Assembly (NCBI GenBank): GCA_012523055.1
Contig: JAAYJG010000168.1
Coordinates: 1-38,677, forward strand
DNA length: 38,677 bases
Source: Ruminiclostridium sp.
Lineage (GTDB): Bacteria; Bacillota; Clostridia; DSM-8532
Direction: 5' to 3'
The first letter of the stretch is position 1, and the number at the start of each line of letters is the position of its first letter. Shown here piece by piece: positions 9,881-18,540 of this stretch. Under the pieces are notes generated by a model, which did no database searches, was not told the origin of the DNA, and saw nothing but the letters and a program-made list of their open reading frames with translations. Made by a program: the position numbers and the translations under genes.

Positions 9881-10975
9881 ATGAAGTATCTGTTGGATTA
9901 CAAAAAGTTTTGGGAGGAAAATGCGGATTGTTTCCAACCGTTCACAACCCAAAAAAAACGCGTTCCTGTGAAGCTGTCCTTTGATGACCATTTTCTTCTC
10001 GAAGACATGCAGGTGGAATCCACTTTGCGTTATTTCAAAGATAGGGATTATCGGCTGGAAATGAATCGGCTGTGCAATGACAAGATGGAGAAAGCCATTG
10101 GAATTCGGCATTTTCACGAGAAAGAAGACATGGTGCTCCAACCCAACCGTTTTGAGGTGATCATGGGGGCTCACTGGGAATATAGTGAAGGCGGAACCCC
10201 CTGGCTGGAATCCAACGTTACGGATATCGAAGATGTGAAAAAGATCATCTCCCGGGCTGAAAAACTGGATATGGATCAGGAAACTTTCCCGGAAGGCTGG
10301 TTTGAAGAAAAAGAAAAGGTGGAAAAGGAAACCGGAAAGAAGCTGGATTTCGGAAGCAGGGGGCACAGAGGCCCGGCGACAATGGCCACCAGTATCCTCG
10401 GGACAGAGAACACCTGTATTTTCATCATGGATGAGCCCGAGATCATGAAAGCATTTTTTGATGTGTTAACTGAAAAAATGATCGAATACCACAAAGCATT
10501 GCTGAAGGCAACCCATTCAAAACTGTGCAACGGCTACTGGATCACCGACGACAATTGCTATCTGATCCCGCCTGCACAATATGAAGAGCTTTGTGCACCA
10601 TTCCTGAAAAGGGTTTTTGAAGAATTTTCACCAAACCCGGAGGATTCCCGTTATCAACATTCCGACAGCGCCATGGGTCATTTAATGGGAATTCTGAACG
10701 ATGTCGGGGTCAACGGTGTAAACCTGGGGCCAACGATACATCCGCTGGAGATCCGCAAAGCCATGCCCAAAGCGGTAATCCACGGGCAAATGCCTCCCTT
10801 TACCCTTAGAAACGGTACCCCTGAAGAAATTATTGAGCTTGTAAAAAGAGACATTGATGCGGTGGGCGGAGACGGCGGACTGGTAGAAACCACTGCCGGA
10901 AGCCTTGCCGCCGGAACCCCGTATATCAATGTCCAGGCATACCTGTGGGCTGTCAACGAATACGGCCGCTACTAA
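9881..10975 (+). CDS. uroporphyrinogen decarboxylase (URO-D/MtaA-like) family protein
   Basis: 364-aa ORF. The C-terminal block HGQMPPFTLRNGTPEEIIELVKRDIDAVGGDGGLVETTAGSLAAGTPYINVQAYLWAVNEYG resembles URO-D/methylcobamide methyltransferase family tails. Confidence 0.6.
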   Translation: MKYLLDYKKFWEENADCFQPFTTQKKRVPVKLSFDDHFLLEDMQVESTLRYFKDRDYRLEMNRLCNDKMEKAIGIRHFHEKEDMVLQPNRFEVIMGAHWEYSEGGTPWLESNVTDIEDVKKIISRAEKLDMDQETFPEGWFEEKEKVEKETGKKLDFGSRGHRGPATMATSILGTENTCIFIMDEPEIMKAFFDVLTEKMIEYHKALLKATHSKLCNGYWITDDNCYLIPPAQYEELCAPFLKRVFEEFSPNPEDSRYQHSDSAMGHLMGILNDVGVNGVNLGPTIHPLEIRKAMPKAVIHGQMPPFTLRNGTPEEIIELVKRDIDAVGGDGGLVETTAGSLAAGTPYINVQAYLWAVNEYGRY

Positions 10976-11266
10976 ATTTACACCGGGCGGGGCCCAGGTT
11001 CCTGTGTAAATAGCCAGAGGGCGGGGCCCAGGTCTCTTGGTCAAATTTAATCACTGGGGACAGGTTCCTTGATCAAATTTACCCACGAGAGCCAGCAGGA
11101 AAGACAACAGGGACAAAGCCAGCAGGGGCAGGCACTTTTGTAAAAGTTGTGCACGTAACCACGGAACTTAGGCACGTTGGTAGAAATTGCACATGCAACC
11201 ACAGAATCAAGGTACCTTGGTAAAAATTCATACAGGCGGGACCCAGAACCCTTCGCTTAATAAAAC
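10976..11266 (+). repeat. degenerate tandem hairpin-repeat array (about 35-40 nt units, core GGGnCAGGTnCCttGGT..AAATT), copy 1
   Basis: It starts at the first base after the TAA of the URO-D-family gene. About 7 units are visible. The first 68 nt (10976-11043) are near-identical to the reverse complement of 36356-36426 (2 mismatches and one 4-nt indel). Confidence 0.85.
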
Positions 11267-11340
11267 ATGAGTATATACAACGATCAAAGATAGAGTCCAC
11301 TTTAAACTTAACTAAAAGGGAGGCCCTTAGACGCATATCC

Positions 11341-11368
11341 ATAGGGACATTTTATGAACCGTGGGTAT
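11341..11368. repeat. candidate attL (outer arm ATAGGGACATTTTATGAACC plus GGGTAT core)
   Basis: The 20-nt arm 11341-11360 matches the reverse complement of 35096-35115 at 16 of 20 positions. GGGTAT (11363-11368) recurs in direct orientation at 35090-35095, immediately inside the right arm. Confidence 0.45.
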
Positions 11369-11388
11369 TGGGTGAGGCAGACAGCAGA

Positions 11389-13053
11389 TTAAGCTGTCTG
11401 CCTTTGCCGTTGTTCGGCTATTTTCTCGGCTTCTTCTGCGAAAGCGCCGACGACGCCGATGTCGCGGTAGTGGATAACAATTTCCTGCTCCGCCGTCCTG
11501 GAGTATCGTTCTGCTCTCTCACCGACTTCAATCTTCTCGATGAATACGTTAAGCAGTTCACCGTTTAGCTCATTAATTTCGGTGTACCTTTTCGCCTTAT
11601 CGATAAATCGGGTTACGTTGGAGATTGAGATCTGCAGTTCTTCAATCCGTTCCGCAGTCTGAGGGATTCGTTCCTTCAGGCTTTTTTGTTCTGTGTTGTA
11701 GTCGCCGGACAGCATTCGGAACTGCTCGTTGGTTACCTTGCCGAGCACATTATCCTCATATAAGCGTTTGAATAAGGTACTGAGCTCTTTGTCCCTCCGG
11801 CGCATCAATTCCAGCTCTCTTTGAAGACGCTCAATCTCGCGGCGGGTTTCGGCGTTATTTTTCCGATTTATGTACTGGATGAAAAACGCTTCCTGCTGCC
11901 GTGCGAAGTGGGTCACTCTCAGTAAATCATCCAGCACGATTGCTGCCAGATGGATTTCCCGAAGGTAGTGAGAGCTGCATTTTCCCTTACCGCGTTTCCG
12001 GTAGGTGGAGCACATGAAATTGTTTTTTACAGCGGCTATGGTGTGCGCCCGATGCAGTGTCATGACCTCTCCGCAGTCGATGCACCTTACCAGACCAGAG
12101 AACATATCCTGTTCTTCCATGTTTGTCCTGCGCTTCTTGTGCTCACGGATGTCCTGAACGATATCCCAGATTTCTTTCGTAACCAGCGGCTCATGTGTGT
12201 TTTCAAAGCGCAGATGCTCTGACTTGGGGCGCTCAATACGCTTCTTATTTTTGTAGGACAGCGTTGTGTACTGCAGATTGATGGTATGTCCGAGATAGAC
12301 CTCATTTTCCAGAATGTCGGCAATGCATGCGCTGCTCCATGCGTATGGTCTGGTTACATCCACATTGGTCAGAATGATGCCGGTCTTGATGTAGTAATAG
12401 TAACCGGGCGAGTACACCTGCTCTTTGTTAAGCTGATTAGCAATTTGTGTAGGACATTTCCCTTCGACACAGAGGCTGAAAATCCGTTGAACAATCGGTG
12501 TAACATCCTCATCGGGAACAATTTTGCTTTTGGGATTATTTTCGTCCTTCTTGTAGCCGTAAGGCGCTCTGGTTGCCACACGCTCACCTCGTTCCGCTTT
12601 CGCTTTAACGACCGATCGGATTTTCCGGCTGGTATCTTTGGCGTAGAAATCGTTAAAAAGGTTCACGAATGGAGTGAAGTCGTTGTCACCGTAAAGGCTG
12701 TCTACGTTGTTGTTGACGGCGATGAAGCGGACTCCGCAGCTTGGAAATATCATCTCGGTGTACTGTCCGACCAGTAAATAATCTCTGCCGAGCCGGGACA
12801 TGTCCTTGACGATTATCGTCGCCACTTCGTCGTTTTCCACCAGCTTCATCAGTTCTTTCCATGCAGGTCTATTAAAGTTTGTGCCGCTGTAGCCATCGTC
12901 AGAGAGGAAGAGAATATTCTCAAATCCGTTGTCGGTGGCATACTTCTCCAGCATCAGCCTCTGGTTCTGTATGCTGTTGGACTCGCCGTCACGCTCGTCC
13001 TCCTGACTAAGTCTGCCATAGAGTATTGTATATTTTAGGTTTGCCTGTATCAT
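11389..13053 (-). CDS. large serine recombinase (resolvase/invertase N-domain + recombinase domain + zinc ribbon + coiled coil)
   Basis: The start is set at ATG 13053, with AAGGAGG 7 nt upstream. It has the catalytic-Ser region YGRLSQEDERDGESNSIQNQ, then DMSRLGRDY, a Cys cluster CIDCG...C...C and a long C-terminal coiled coil. Confidence 0.9.
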   Translation of the reverse strand: MIQANLKYTILYGRLSQEDERDGESNSIQNQRLMLEKYATDNGFENILFLSDDGYSGTNFNRPAWKELMKLVENDEVATIIVKDMSRLGRDYLLVGQYTEMIFPSCGVRFIAVNNNVDSLYGDNDFTPFVNLFNDFYAKDTSRKIRSVVKAKAERGERVATRAPYGYKKDENNPKSKIVPDEDVTPIVQRIFSLCVEGKCPTQIANQLNKEQVYSPGYYYYIKTGIILTNVDVTRPYAWSSACIADILENEVYLGHTINLQYTTLSYKNKKRIERPKSEHLRFENTHEPLVTKEIWDIVQDIREHKKRRTNMEEQDMFSGLVRCIDCGEVMTLHRAHTIAAVKNNFMCSTYRKRGKGKCSSHYLREIHLAAIVLDDLLRVTHFARQQEAFFIQYINRKNNAETRREIERLQRELELMRRRDKELSTLFKRLYEDNVLGKVTNEQFRMLSGDYNTEQKSLKERIPQTAERIEELQISISNVTRFIDKAKRYTEINELNGELLNVFIEKIEVGERAERYSRTAEQEIVIHYRDIGVVGAFAEEAEKIAEQRQRQTA

Positions 13054-13168
13054 AATTACCTCCTTTTCATTTGGCAAACCGATACGGAATGCTGGGGTTG
13101 CGGATTGCTCCGCAATTCCAAGCATACCGAAGAGTTTGCCGGAAGTCTACTGAATTCCAGAAAGTATT

Positions 13169-13582
13169 TCATTTGTTTTCCTGCTCCTTATCGATCAGGG
13201 TGAGAAGCTTGTCCGTGGGTAATGAGGCGGCGGTTTTGGGAAACACTGACTTGATGGCGAACTTCTTTCCGGCTATCTCCATATGCCGTTCAAGGCAGAT
13301 GCTGTCTGGCCACTCGATTAATTCTGTATCCTCAAACAGCGGAATCAGCTTATCTTCAAGCGCGGTATCGATAATTCCGGCTGTTTCATAGCTGCCGCCG
13401 ATGCCGGTTTGTAAGTAGTGCTTGTACTCGTCCTCAACCTTTCGGCGCCATACCCGCACCTTTTCTCCGCCGAATTCTTTTGCAACTATATCGAATTCCG
13501 GCGTATACGGATGTCCCTTGGGAACGAGAATAATCTTCTCAGAAAACAAATATGCATCAAAACATTCCTGCTGCGGTTTCAT
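13169..13582 (-). CDS. hypothetical protein (137 aa), upstream of and co-oriented with the recombinase
   Basis: ATG at 13582 has AGGAGG 8 nt upstream. The track start at 13591 is a GTG. No family was recognised. Confidence 0.65.
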   Translation of the reverse strand: MKPQQECFDAYLFSEKIILVPKGHPYTPEFDIVAKEFGGEKVRVWRRKVEDEYKHYLQTGIGGSYETAGIIDTALEDKLIPLFEDTELIEWPDSICLERHMEIAGKKFAIKSVFPKTAASLPTDKLLTLIDKEQENK

Positions 13583-13605
13583 GGTTAACACCTCCTGTCA
13601 ATTGT

Positions 13606-14040
13606 TTAATCTTCATCATCCCTGTCCTCCATATAGCGAATCTCCGTCCTGTTTTTAATTGCCTCTCTTAAAGGAACATAGCCTCTGCTGTTGTTGACCA
13701 TCTGCACGGCTTTGCCCCTGAGCTTTTGTGTATCGAGGTACGGAACCTCCATAATTGACGCCAGAAAAAGATTCATCTGAGCAATCTCAACGGCAATTTT
13801 GTATGACAGCTTCGAGAGATGTTCCTCCAAATTTCTTATTTCGCTGTGCTGAATTTTTGAATACACCTCGGCGATCTCGCTGCCGAACTGGCGCAGCATA
13901 TCCCGGCTGATGTACTCGCGAATGGCTGCGTTTATGAATTCTGAACGATTTTCAAAACCGAAATGCCGGTGATTTTCATCCGCCAGTCTGAGTGTTTCGG
14001 TCGGCAGCGATACTGTAATTTTCTCGATCTCCCGGCTCAT
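13606..14040 (-). CDS. ribbon-helix-helix (CopG/Arc/MetJ-like) protein, paralog 2
   Basis: ATG at 14040 follows GGAGGGAGG. The N-terminus KITVSLPTETLRLADE...RSEFINAAIREYI shows the RHH beta-strand plus helix pattern, followed by a helical C-terminal domain. Confidence 0.65.
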   Translation of the reverse strand: MSREIEKITVSLPTETLRLADENHRHFGFENRSEFINAAIREYISRDMLRQFGSEIAEVYSKIQHSEIRNLEEHLSKLSYKIAVEIAQMNLFLASIMEVPYLDTQKLRGKAVQMVNNSRGYVPLREAIKNRTEIRYMEDRDDED

Positions 14041-14470
14041 GAAGCTCTTCCTCCCTCCACAGAATGCCTTGCTGAAAAGCATATATTCTGTCGTAGCGGA
14101 TGTTCCCGATGGTATGCTTTACGTCAGCAACACATTTTTTTCTGAGCTGTTCCATAAGTCCATCGGTCATGCCTTTTACCTGACTGGCGGTTACATTTGC
14201 CATTAGGGAATACTCCACGCACATCCGAAATAGCTGGCGGCAGATTCGACCTTCGAGCTTGCCAAGCTGATTTTCAAGGAAGGATAGTGTCGTCTTATTA
14301 ATGTATTCTTCATTCGATTTTGACTGCAAAAAGCCGAGATAGAACTCTACCGCCTTGCAGACAAACTCGCTCCGGCTTGATATCTCATGCAGCGGATAGG
14401 CTGCATCAATTTGTTTTATCATGTCGGGCCTCATCCAGATTGCTACCTTTTCTTTCTTGTTCTCTTTCAT
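13976..14470 (-). CDS. ribbon-helix-helix (CopG-like) protein, paralog 1
   Basis: ATG at 14470 has GGAGG 7 nt upstream. It has the RHH pattern KVAIWMRPDMIKQIDAA...RSEFVCKAVEFYL and the same architecture as the downstream paralog. Its 3' end overlaps the next gene by 65 nt. Confidence 0.6.
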   Translation of the reverse strand: MKENKKEKVAIWMRPDMIKQIDAAYPLHEISSRSEFVCKAVEFYLGFLQSKSNEEYINKTTLSFLENQLGKLEGRICRQLFRMCVEYSLMANVTASQVKGMTDGLMEQLRKKCVADVKHTIGNIRYDRIYAFQQGILWREEELHEPGDRENYSIAADRNTQTGG

Positions 14471-14876
14471 GTAATGACCTCCGTTTTCTCATATAATTCC
14501 GTATGGGACTTCTGTAATAATGCCTGAACAGCGGCGATTCCTCGGTGAACGGATGTTTTATACGTCGCCTCATCTGTTTTTATGTGCACCTTTTGCACTA
14601 TTCCAAAAATCCTTGCTACGCCCCGCATTGCGGGGCGTTGTGGTATGCGCCGGTGCGGCTTGCAGCACCGCGCTTTAACCTGCATGGTTTTCGACCGTAT
14701 GGTTCACCCTCTGAAATGAGCTGAATACTGGTAGCTGTTCATTGCCCGCCGCAACTCTCGTACAAAGCCTCAGTAAGGGCATTGTTCTGCCTGCGGGTAT
14801 ATGGTTACCATCCTGCAGGGAAAAGGCGGTACAGAGGCTAACTGTCGGTGAATACGGGCTGTTCTTTGGCGATGTT

Positions 14877-15060
14877 CAAAGTGAGCCTAGTTGGTTTATG
14901 TTTCATTTGTCCGGATTTTGAAAGTGCCAAAGATGAGCCATGTTGGTGCAAGTTCCGTCTGTTTTTCCGCAGACTGCGTGAAAGTTAGCCATCATGGTAT
15001 ACTTTCCGCCAATGCCAGACCTCGCCATCCGCATAATTAACCCACTTGGTTACACTTCGA
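14877..15060. repeat. four iteron-like direct repeats at 51-52 bp spacing
   Basis: cAAAGtgAGCCtagtTGGTttatgTTtC (14877), cAAAGatAGCCatgtTGGTgcaagTTcC (14928), gAAAGttAGCCatcaTGGTatacTTtC (14980) and a degenerate fourth copy, ttAACCcactTGGTtacaCTTC (about 15037). They lie in a 430-nt non-coding gap next to the RepA-like ATPase gene. Confidence 0.55.
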
Positions 15061-15115
15061 TCCTCAAAGCTTCGGGAAGATTGCAAGGATGCAAAGTACA
15101 TAGGACATTGCACCC

Positions 15116-16084
15116 TTACATCCTTGAATCAGGAAGTTGCCAGTACCATTGGCTCCCCAGCTTCACAGACTGAGCGCCGATATTTTTCTTTGCAATGTTG
15201 ACGGTTCGCTCCGAAATATTCAATTCTGTTGCCCTTCGGAATACTTCTTCAACAGGAGCAGGACAGGTCAGCAGCTTTTTCAGTTCATCCTCCATGAGCA
15301 TCGTCTTGGTCTGCACAGAGCCTGTGCCGGAGAGCACTTCGTCTACCGTTGCATCACAATATCCCTTCCACTGAAAACCGTTCTCCGCATCCAAGGAAAA
15401 CGCGATAGACTTTCCTTCCGGAGCGAGGCTGCTTTTGTCATGAGCGACAATCCGTATGCCTGGGTTATCTTTCAATCTTCCGACCAGAAGCACACTTCTT
15501 GCCGCAGCTCTGAAGTCAATGGAACCCAAACCGCGGTAGGAAGATTTTAGTCCCTGCGCCTTGTTCATGTGGCCAATTAGGATCACAGCACAGCCGGTGC
15601 GATCCGCCATGGCACACAGGCGCTTGATCACAGGACGCACCTCATTGGCGCGGTACATGTCCACATCACAGCCGAGATAGGCTTGCAGCGGATCAAGTAC
15701 AATCAGACGGGCTCCGGTTTCATGAACAGACTGCTCCAGCCGCTCATCGCACAATGTCAGCTCTTGGTCAGACTCATCGATAACAAGTACCCGCGAACAG
15801 TCCGCGCCCGATTGTTCCAGCCGAGGCTTAATAGTATCCGCCAGCCCGTCCTCCGCCGATTGGTAGATGACATTGATGGGTGGACCTGCCGCTTCTTCCT
15901 CCGGCAGCGGTTCGCCGTTGGTCAGCAGTGCGATCATCGCCAGAACAAAAGAGGTTTTTCCTTCTCCGGGATCGCCCTGAATGATAGTGACCTTGCCATA
16001 GGGAATGTACGGATACCACAACCACTGTACTTCTTCGGTTGTGATGTCGCTCATCCGAATAAGCCTGTTTTTCTTTTTCTGCAT
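15116..16084 (-). CDS. AAA_25 / RepA-like RecA-fold ATPase (replicative-helicase-like)
   Basis: The start is set at ATG 16084, with GGAGGTGA 5 nt upstream. Motifs are Walker A GDPGEGKTSFVL, Walker B LIVLDPLQ and ILIGHMNK. The C-terminal tail looks HTH-like. Confidence 0.8.
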   Translation of the reverse strand: MQKKKNRLIRMSDITTEEVQWLWYPYIPYGKVTIIQGDPGEGKTSFVLAMIALLTNGEPLPEEEAAGPPINVIYQSAEDGLADTIKPRLEQSGADCSRVLVIDESDQELTLCDERLEQSVHETGARLIVLDPLQAYLGCDVDMYRANEVRPVIKRLCAMADRTGCAVILIGHMNKAQGLKSSYRGLGSIDFRAAARSVLLVGRLKDNPGIRIVAHDKSSLAPEGKSIAFSLDAENGFQWKGYCDATVDEVLSGTGSVQTKTMLMEDELKKLLTCPAPVEEVFRRATELNISERTVNIAKKNIGAQSVKLGSQWYWQLPDSRM

Positions 16085-16381
16085 ATTCTCACCTCCGTCT
16101 ATAGGGTATTTTTGTTTTATTGTTGCACCGCGCTCCCGGTCAGGTTCCTGCCCTGCGGCCTTGCGTGACCAGCACAGCGTTTTCATCCCATTGGCACGCT
16201 CGCTTACATTTGCAAGGTCTTGGCATGCTTCTCCTGAGAGTATTCACTCCAGGTGCAGCTATTCAATTTTCAAATCTTTCTTTTGTCCTGATTTCATTTT
16301 CACAAATGCTGTGTTAAAATAATACAGATAATACAAATAATTTATTTTTGATAAAATCCATTATTTGCAGAGGAGGGCATA

Positions 16382-17467
16382 ATGTTTCCGTATTTCAAAG
16401 TTTTCATCGATAATCAATCTTTCATGAACATTCTCTGGTATGTGGATGAGCAAAAGCACGGCTTCCGTCGCAACGAGCAGATCGGCGAAGGGCTGGTGAG
16501 CTTCTGTGAGCTTGATATGATTGCCCTTGAAGGCAAATTAAAAGAGCTTGCCGGCATACCGCTGACAAACCCGAATTATGATACTGTCCGGAATGGAATA
16601 TTTGATGCGGCGGAGCTGCTGAAGGACAAGCACGACTATGTTTTTTTCTTTCTGGTAGGTGCGCTGAACAATATCCTGACCACCCCGATCTATTTTCAGG
16701 ATGATATTGAAGCACGGAGACTGGAGCATCTGCAAAGCTGTTTTGCCATTCTTGAGGATGTATCTACTCTGCATGAGATATTTCAGTATGCCCTGCATTT
16801 CTGTTTTGATAAGGATAATCTGTCTGACCGCTCCGCAGCCGAAAGGCTGGTCGGCTTCTATTTTCAGTTTCCGGATTTGAGTAAGTTTACTGTGCAGACA
16901 GGCTTCGCGGTGGCTCCGGTAAAAAAAGGCGCTTTGGATTACGAAAAGGTCGCGGAAATAAACAAAAATAATAATACAGATACCAAAAAAACACTAGATG
17001 CCATTCACGGGGACCATTCCAAGGTCAGCCTGCTGCCGTATTATCACATTCAGGCGCTAGACGAAATGCTGTTCTTTGAGTTTATGGAAATGCTCAAACG
17101 CGGTATTCAGGTAAAACGGTGCAAGCTGTGCGGCCGGTATTTCGTACTGATTGACAAACGCAAACGGGAGTATTGCGGGAGAGAATATGCCGACGGGAAG
17201 ACTTGTCAGAAAGTCGGGCCGCTGCTCCGCTACGAACAGCTGCTTGAAGCGGATTCCTATCTGCAAAAATTTGAGACGGAGTACAACAAAATCTACTCCC
17301 GATTTTACCGTGCCGATGGTAAGCTTGATTCCGAGCGATTCGGCAAAGATATGACGCGAGAGGAATTTGGGGCATGGTCAAAGGCTGCGTCCAAAGCAAA
17401 AGCCGATTACCAAAAAAGACTGATAACCGGCGAAGAGATGTTGAGCATAGTACGGGCGAAGACTTAA
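16382..17467 (+). CDS. hypothetical protein with C-terminal Cys4 zinc-ribbon-like motif
   Basis: 361-aa ORF with GAGGAGG 6 nt upstream. It contains CKLCGRYFVLIDKRKREYCGREYADGKTC. It is divergent from the RepA-like ATPase gene. The family was not confidently recognised. Confidence 0.7.
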   Translation: MFPYFKVFIDNQSFMNILWYVDEQKHGFRRNEQIGEGLVSFCELDMIALEGKLKELAGIPLTNPNYDTVRNGIFDAAELLKDKHDYVFFFLVGALNNILTTPIYFQDDIEARRLEHLQSCFAILEDVSTLHEIFQYALHFCFDKDNLSDRSAAERLVGFYFQFPDLSKFTVQTGFAVAPVKKGALDYEKVAEINKNNNTDTKKTLDAIHGDHSKVSLLPYYHIQALDEMLFFEFMEMLKRGIQVKRCKLCGRYFVLIDKRKREYCGREYADGKTCQKVGPLLRYEQLLEADSYLQKFETEYNKIYSRFYRADGKLDSERFGKDMTREEFGAWSKAASKAKADYQKRLITGEEMLSIVRAKT

Positions 17468-17786
17468 TCTCAATATTCACTTGACTTTTTCCCCAATCAG
17501 AGCTGTATTAGTACTACGGGAGTTTCCTGGACGAAAAAACGTCATAGCAGACTGGTGTGCTTACGACACACCAGCCCTGCGAAAGGTGAAGAGACCACCC
17601 CGCGCAACCGTAAACGGCACTATGACGTGATTATTTTATCATTCTTCATGGTGTTCCACAATCTAAAGTTTCGGCGTATGCAAGGGGTATTGGCGGTGAT
17701 GCTGCCCGCCTTTGCGTACGCTTTTTTTGCAAGGGCATACCTTGCCCTTGGGAACCTTCCGACTAAATTTGAAAGGTCGGGAGAAC

Positions 17787-18458
17787 ATGAACATTTTTGA
17801 AAACGAATCCGGTATTCTTGGCAGTGCATCCGTGGATAACTTAAAGCGATCATTTAAGGAGTTTCTTCGGCAGGCAACCGAAATCCGTATAAGGCTTGGA
17901 GAGCAGGGATATCTGCTGGACAAATACCTCTCGTATTTATTTGAAGCAACAAACGGGATACTGGCATATGAAGCTGCATCCGAAGGCTTCGAAACTGAAA
18001 GTACCTTGAACAGCCTATGCGCAGAAATACTCAGAGGTGATGCGAAAAGCAACGATCATCCGTTTTACGAACAGGTCAAGTCATTTATTGATACCCATCC
18101 CTTAAAGTATCAAGAGAGTTTTACCAAGCTGTCTCTATATGATGTGATGCTTTCGTGCAGTTATCTGGAGTCTGTATACGAGCAGTATTATACAGATCTT
18201 GTTGCCGATATCAGAGCTTTTCTTGATATCGTAGACCTGAATAGCCTCTACAATAAAATATGTGAAGCTCTCGGCGGAGAAAAGGAAATGGAGCATTTAA
18301 ACCTGCTGTTTTGTAAGCGAATCCTGATTGTTAAAGCAATGGATATTTTTCTTCAGGGGATGACCAACCAATTGCTGTACTCGCTGACCTACCGGGACAG
18401 AGAAACATCAAAGCAAGTGTTTCAGTTGTTGCTGGATGAAGCTTTTTACAATAATTGA
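17787..18458 (+). CDS. hypothetical all-helical protein (223 aa)
   Basis: ATG at 17787 follows GGGAGA. The upstream part of the track ORF has no RBS. No motifs were recognised. The gene ends at a strong terminator. Confidence 0.65.
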   Translation: MNIFENESGILGSASVDNLKRSFKEFLRQATEIRIRLGEQGYLLDKYLSYLFEATNGILAYEAASEGFETESTLNSLCAEILRGDAKSNDHPFYEQVKSFIDTHPLKYQESFTKLSLYDVMLSCSYLESVYEQYYTDLVADIRAFLDIVDLNSLYNKICEALGGEKEMEHLNLLFCKRILIVKAMDIFLQGMTNQLLYSLTYRDRETSKQVFQLLLDEAFYNN

Positions 18459-18487
18459 AAATGGTATAACAGGGTGATAAATGTGAA

Positions 18488-18535
18488 CACAGCGGCCTGC
18501 AGAAGATTCCGGCAGGCCGCTGTGTTTTTTCTTTT
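18488..18535. terminator. strong terminator hairpin between convergent genes
   Basis: Perfect 13-bp stem CACAGCGGCCTGC / GCAGGCCGCTGTG (18488-18500 / 18512-18524), followed by TTTTTTCTTTT on the plus strand. Confidence 0.85.
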
Positions 18536-18540
18536 CTGTG

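Noticed and set aside
10976-11266. Possible CRISPR array, because of tandem units of about 35-40 nt
   Set aside because: The units are contiguous and degenerate, with no unique spacers of regular length between conserved repeats. No cas genes are present. The same array recurs inverted at 36100-36426, attached to a stop codon.
11079-11342. 87-aa minus-strand ORF
   Set aside because: It lies entirely within the degenerate repeat array, has no RBS and has a repeat-driven sequence.
14467-14685. 72-aa minus-strand ORF ending in an ATGA overlap with the first RHH gene
   Set aside because: It has no RBS at any in-frame start, and its 5' part is occupied by an 8-bp GC hairpin (CGCCCCGC/GCGGGGCG). 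The composition is Arg/Cys-rich and unlike the neighbouring genes. It may still be a short leader, but this is not supportable.
17539-17628. tRNA or tRNA-like gene
   Set aside because: The fold is cloverleaf-like, but it lacks the conserved GG of the D loop and the GTTC of the T loop, and the arm lengths are wrong (9-bp closing helix, 8-bp first arm).
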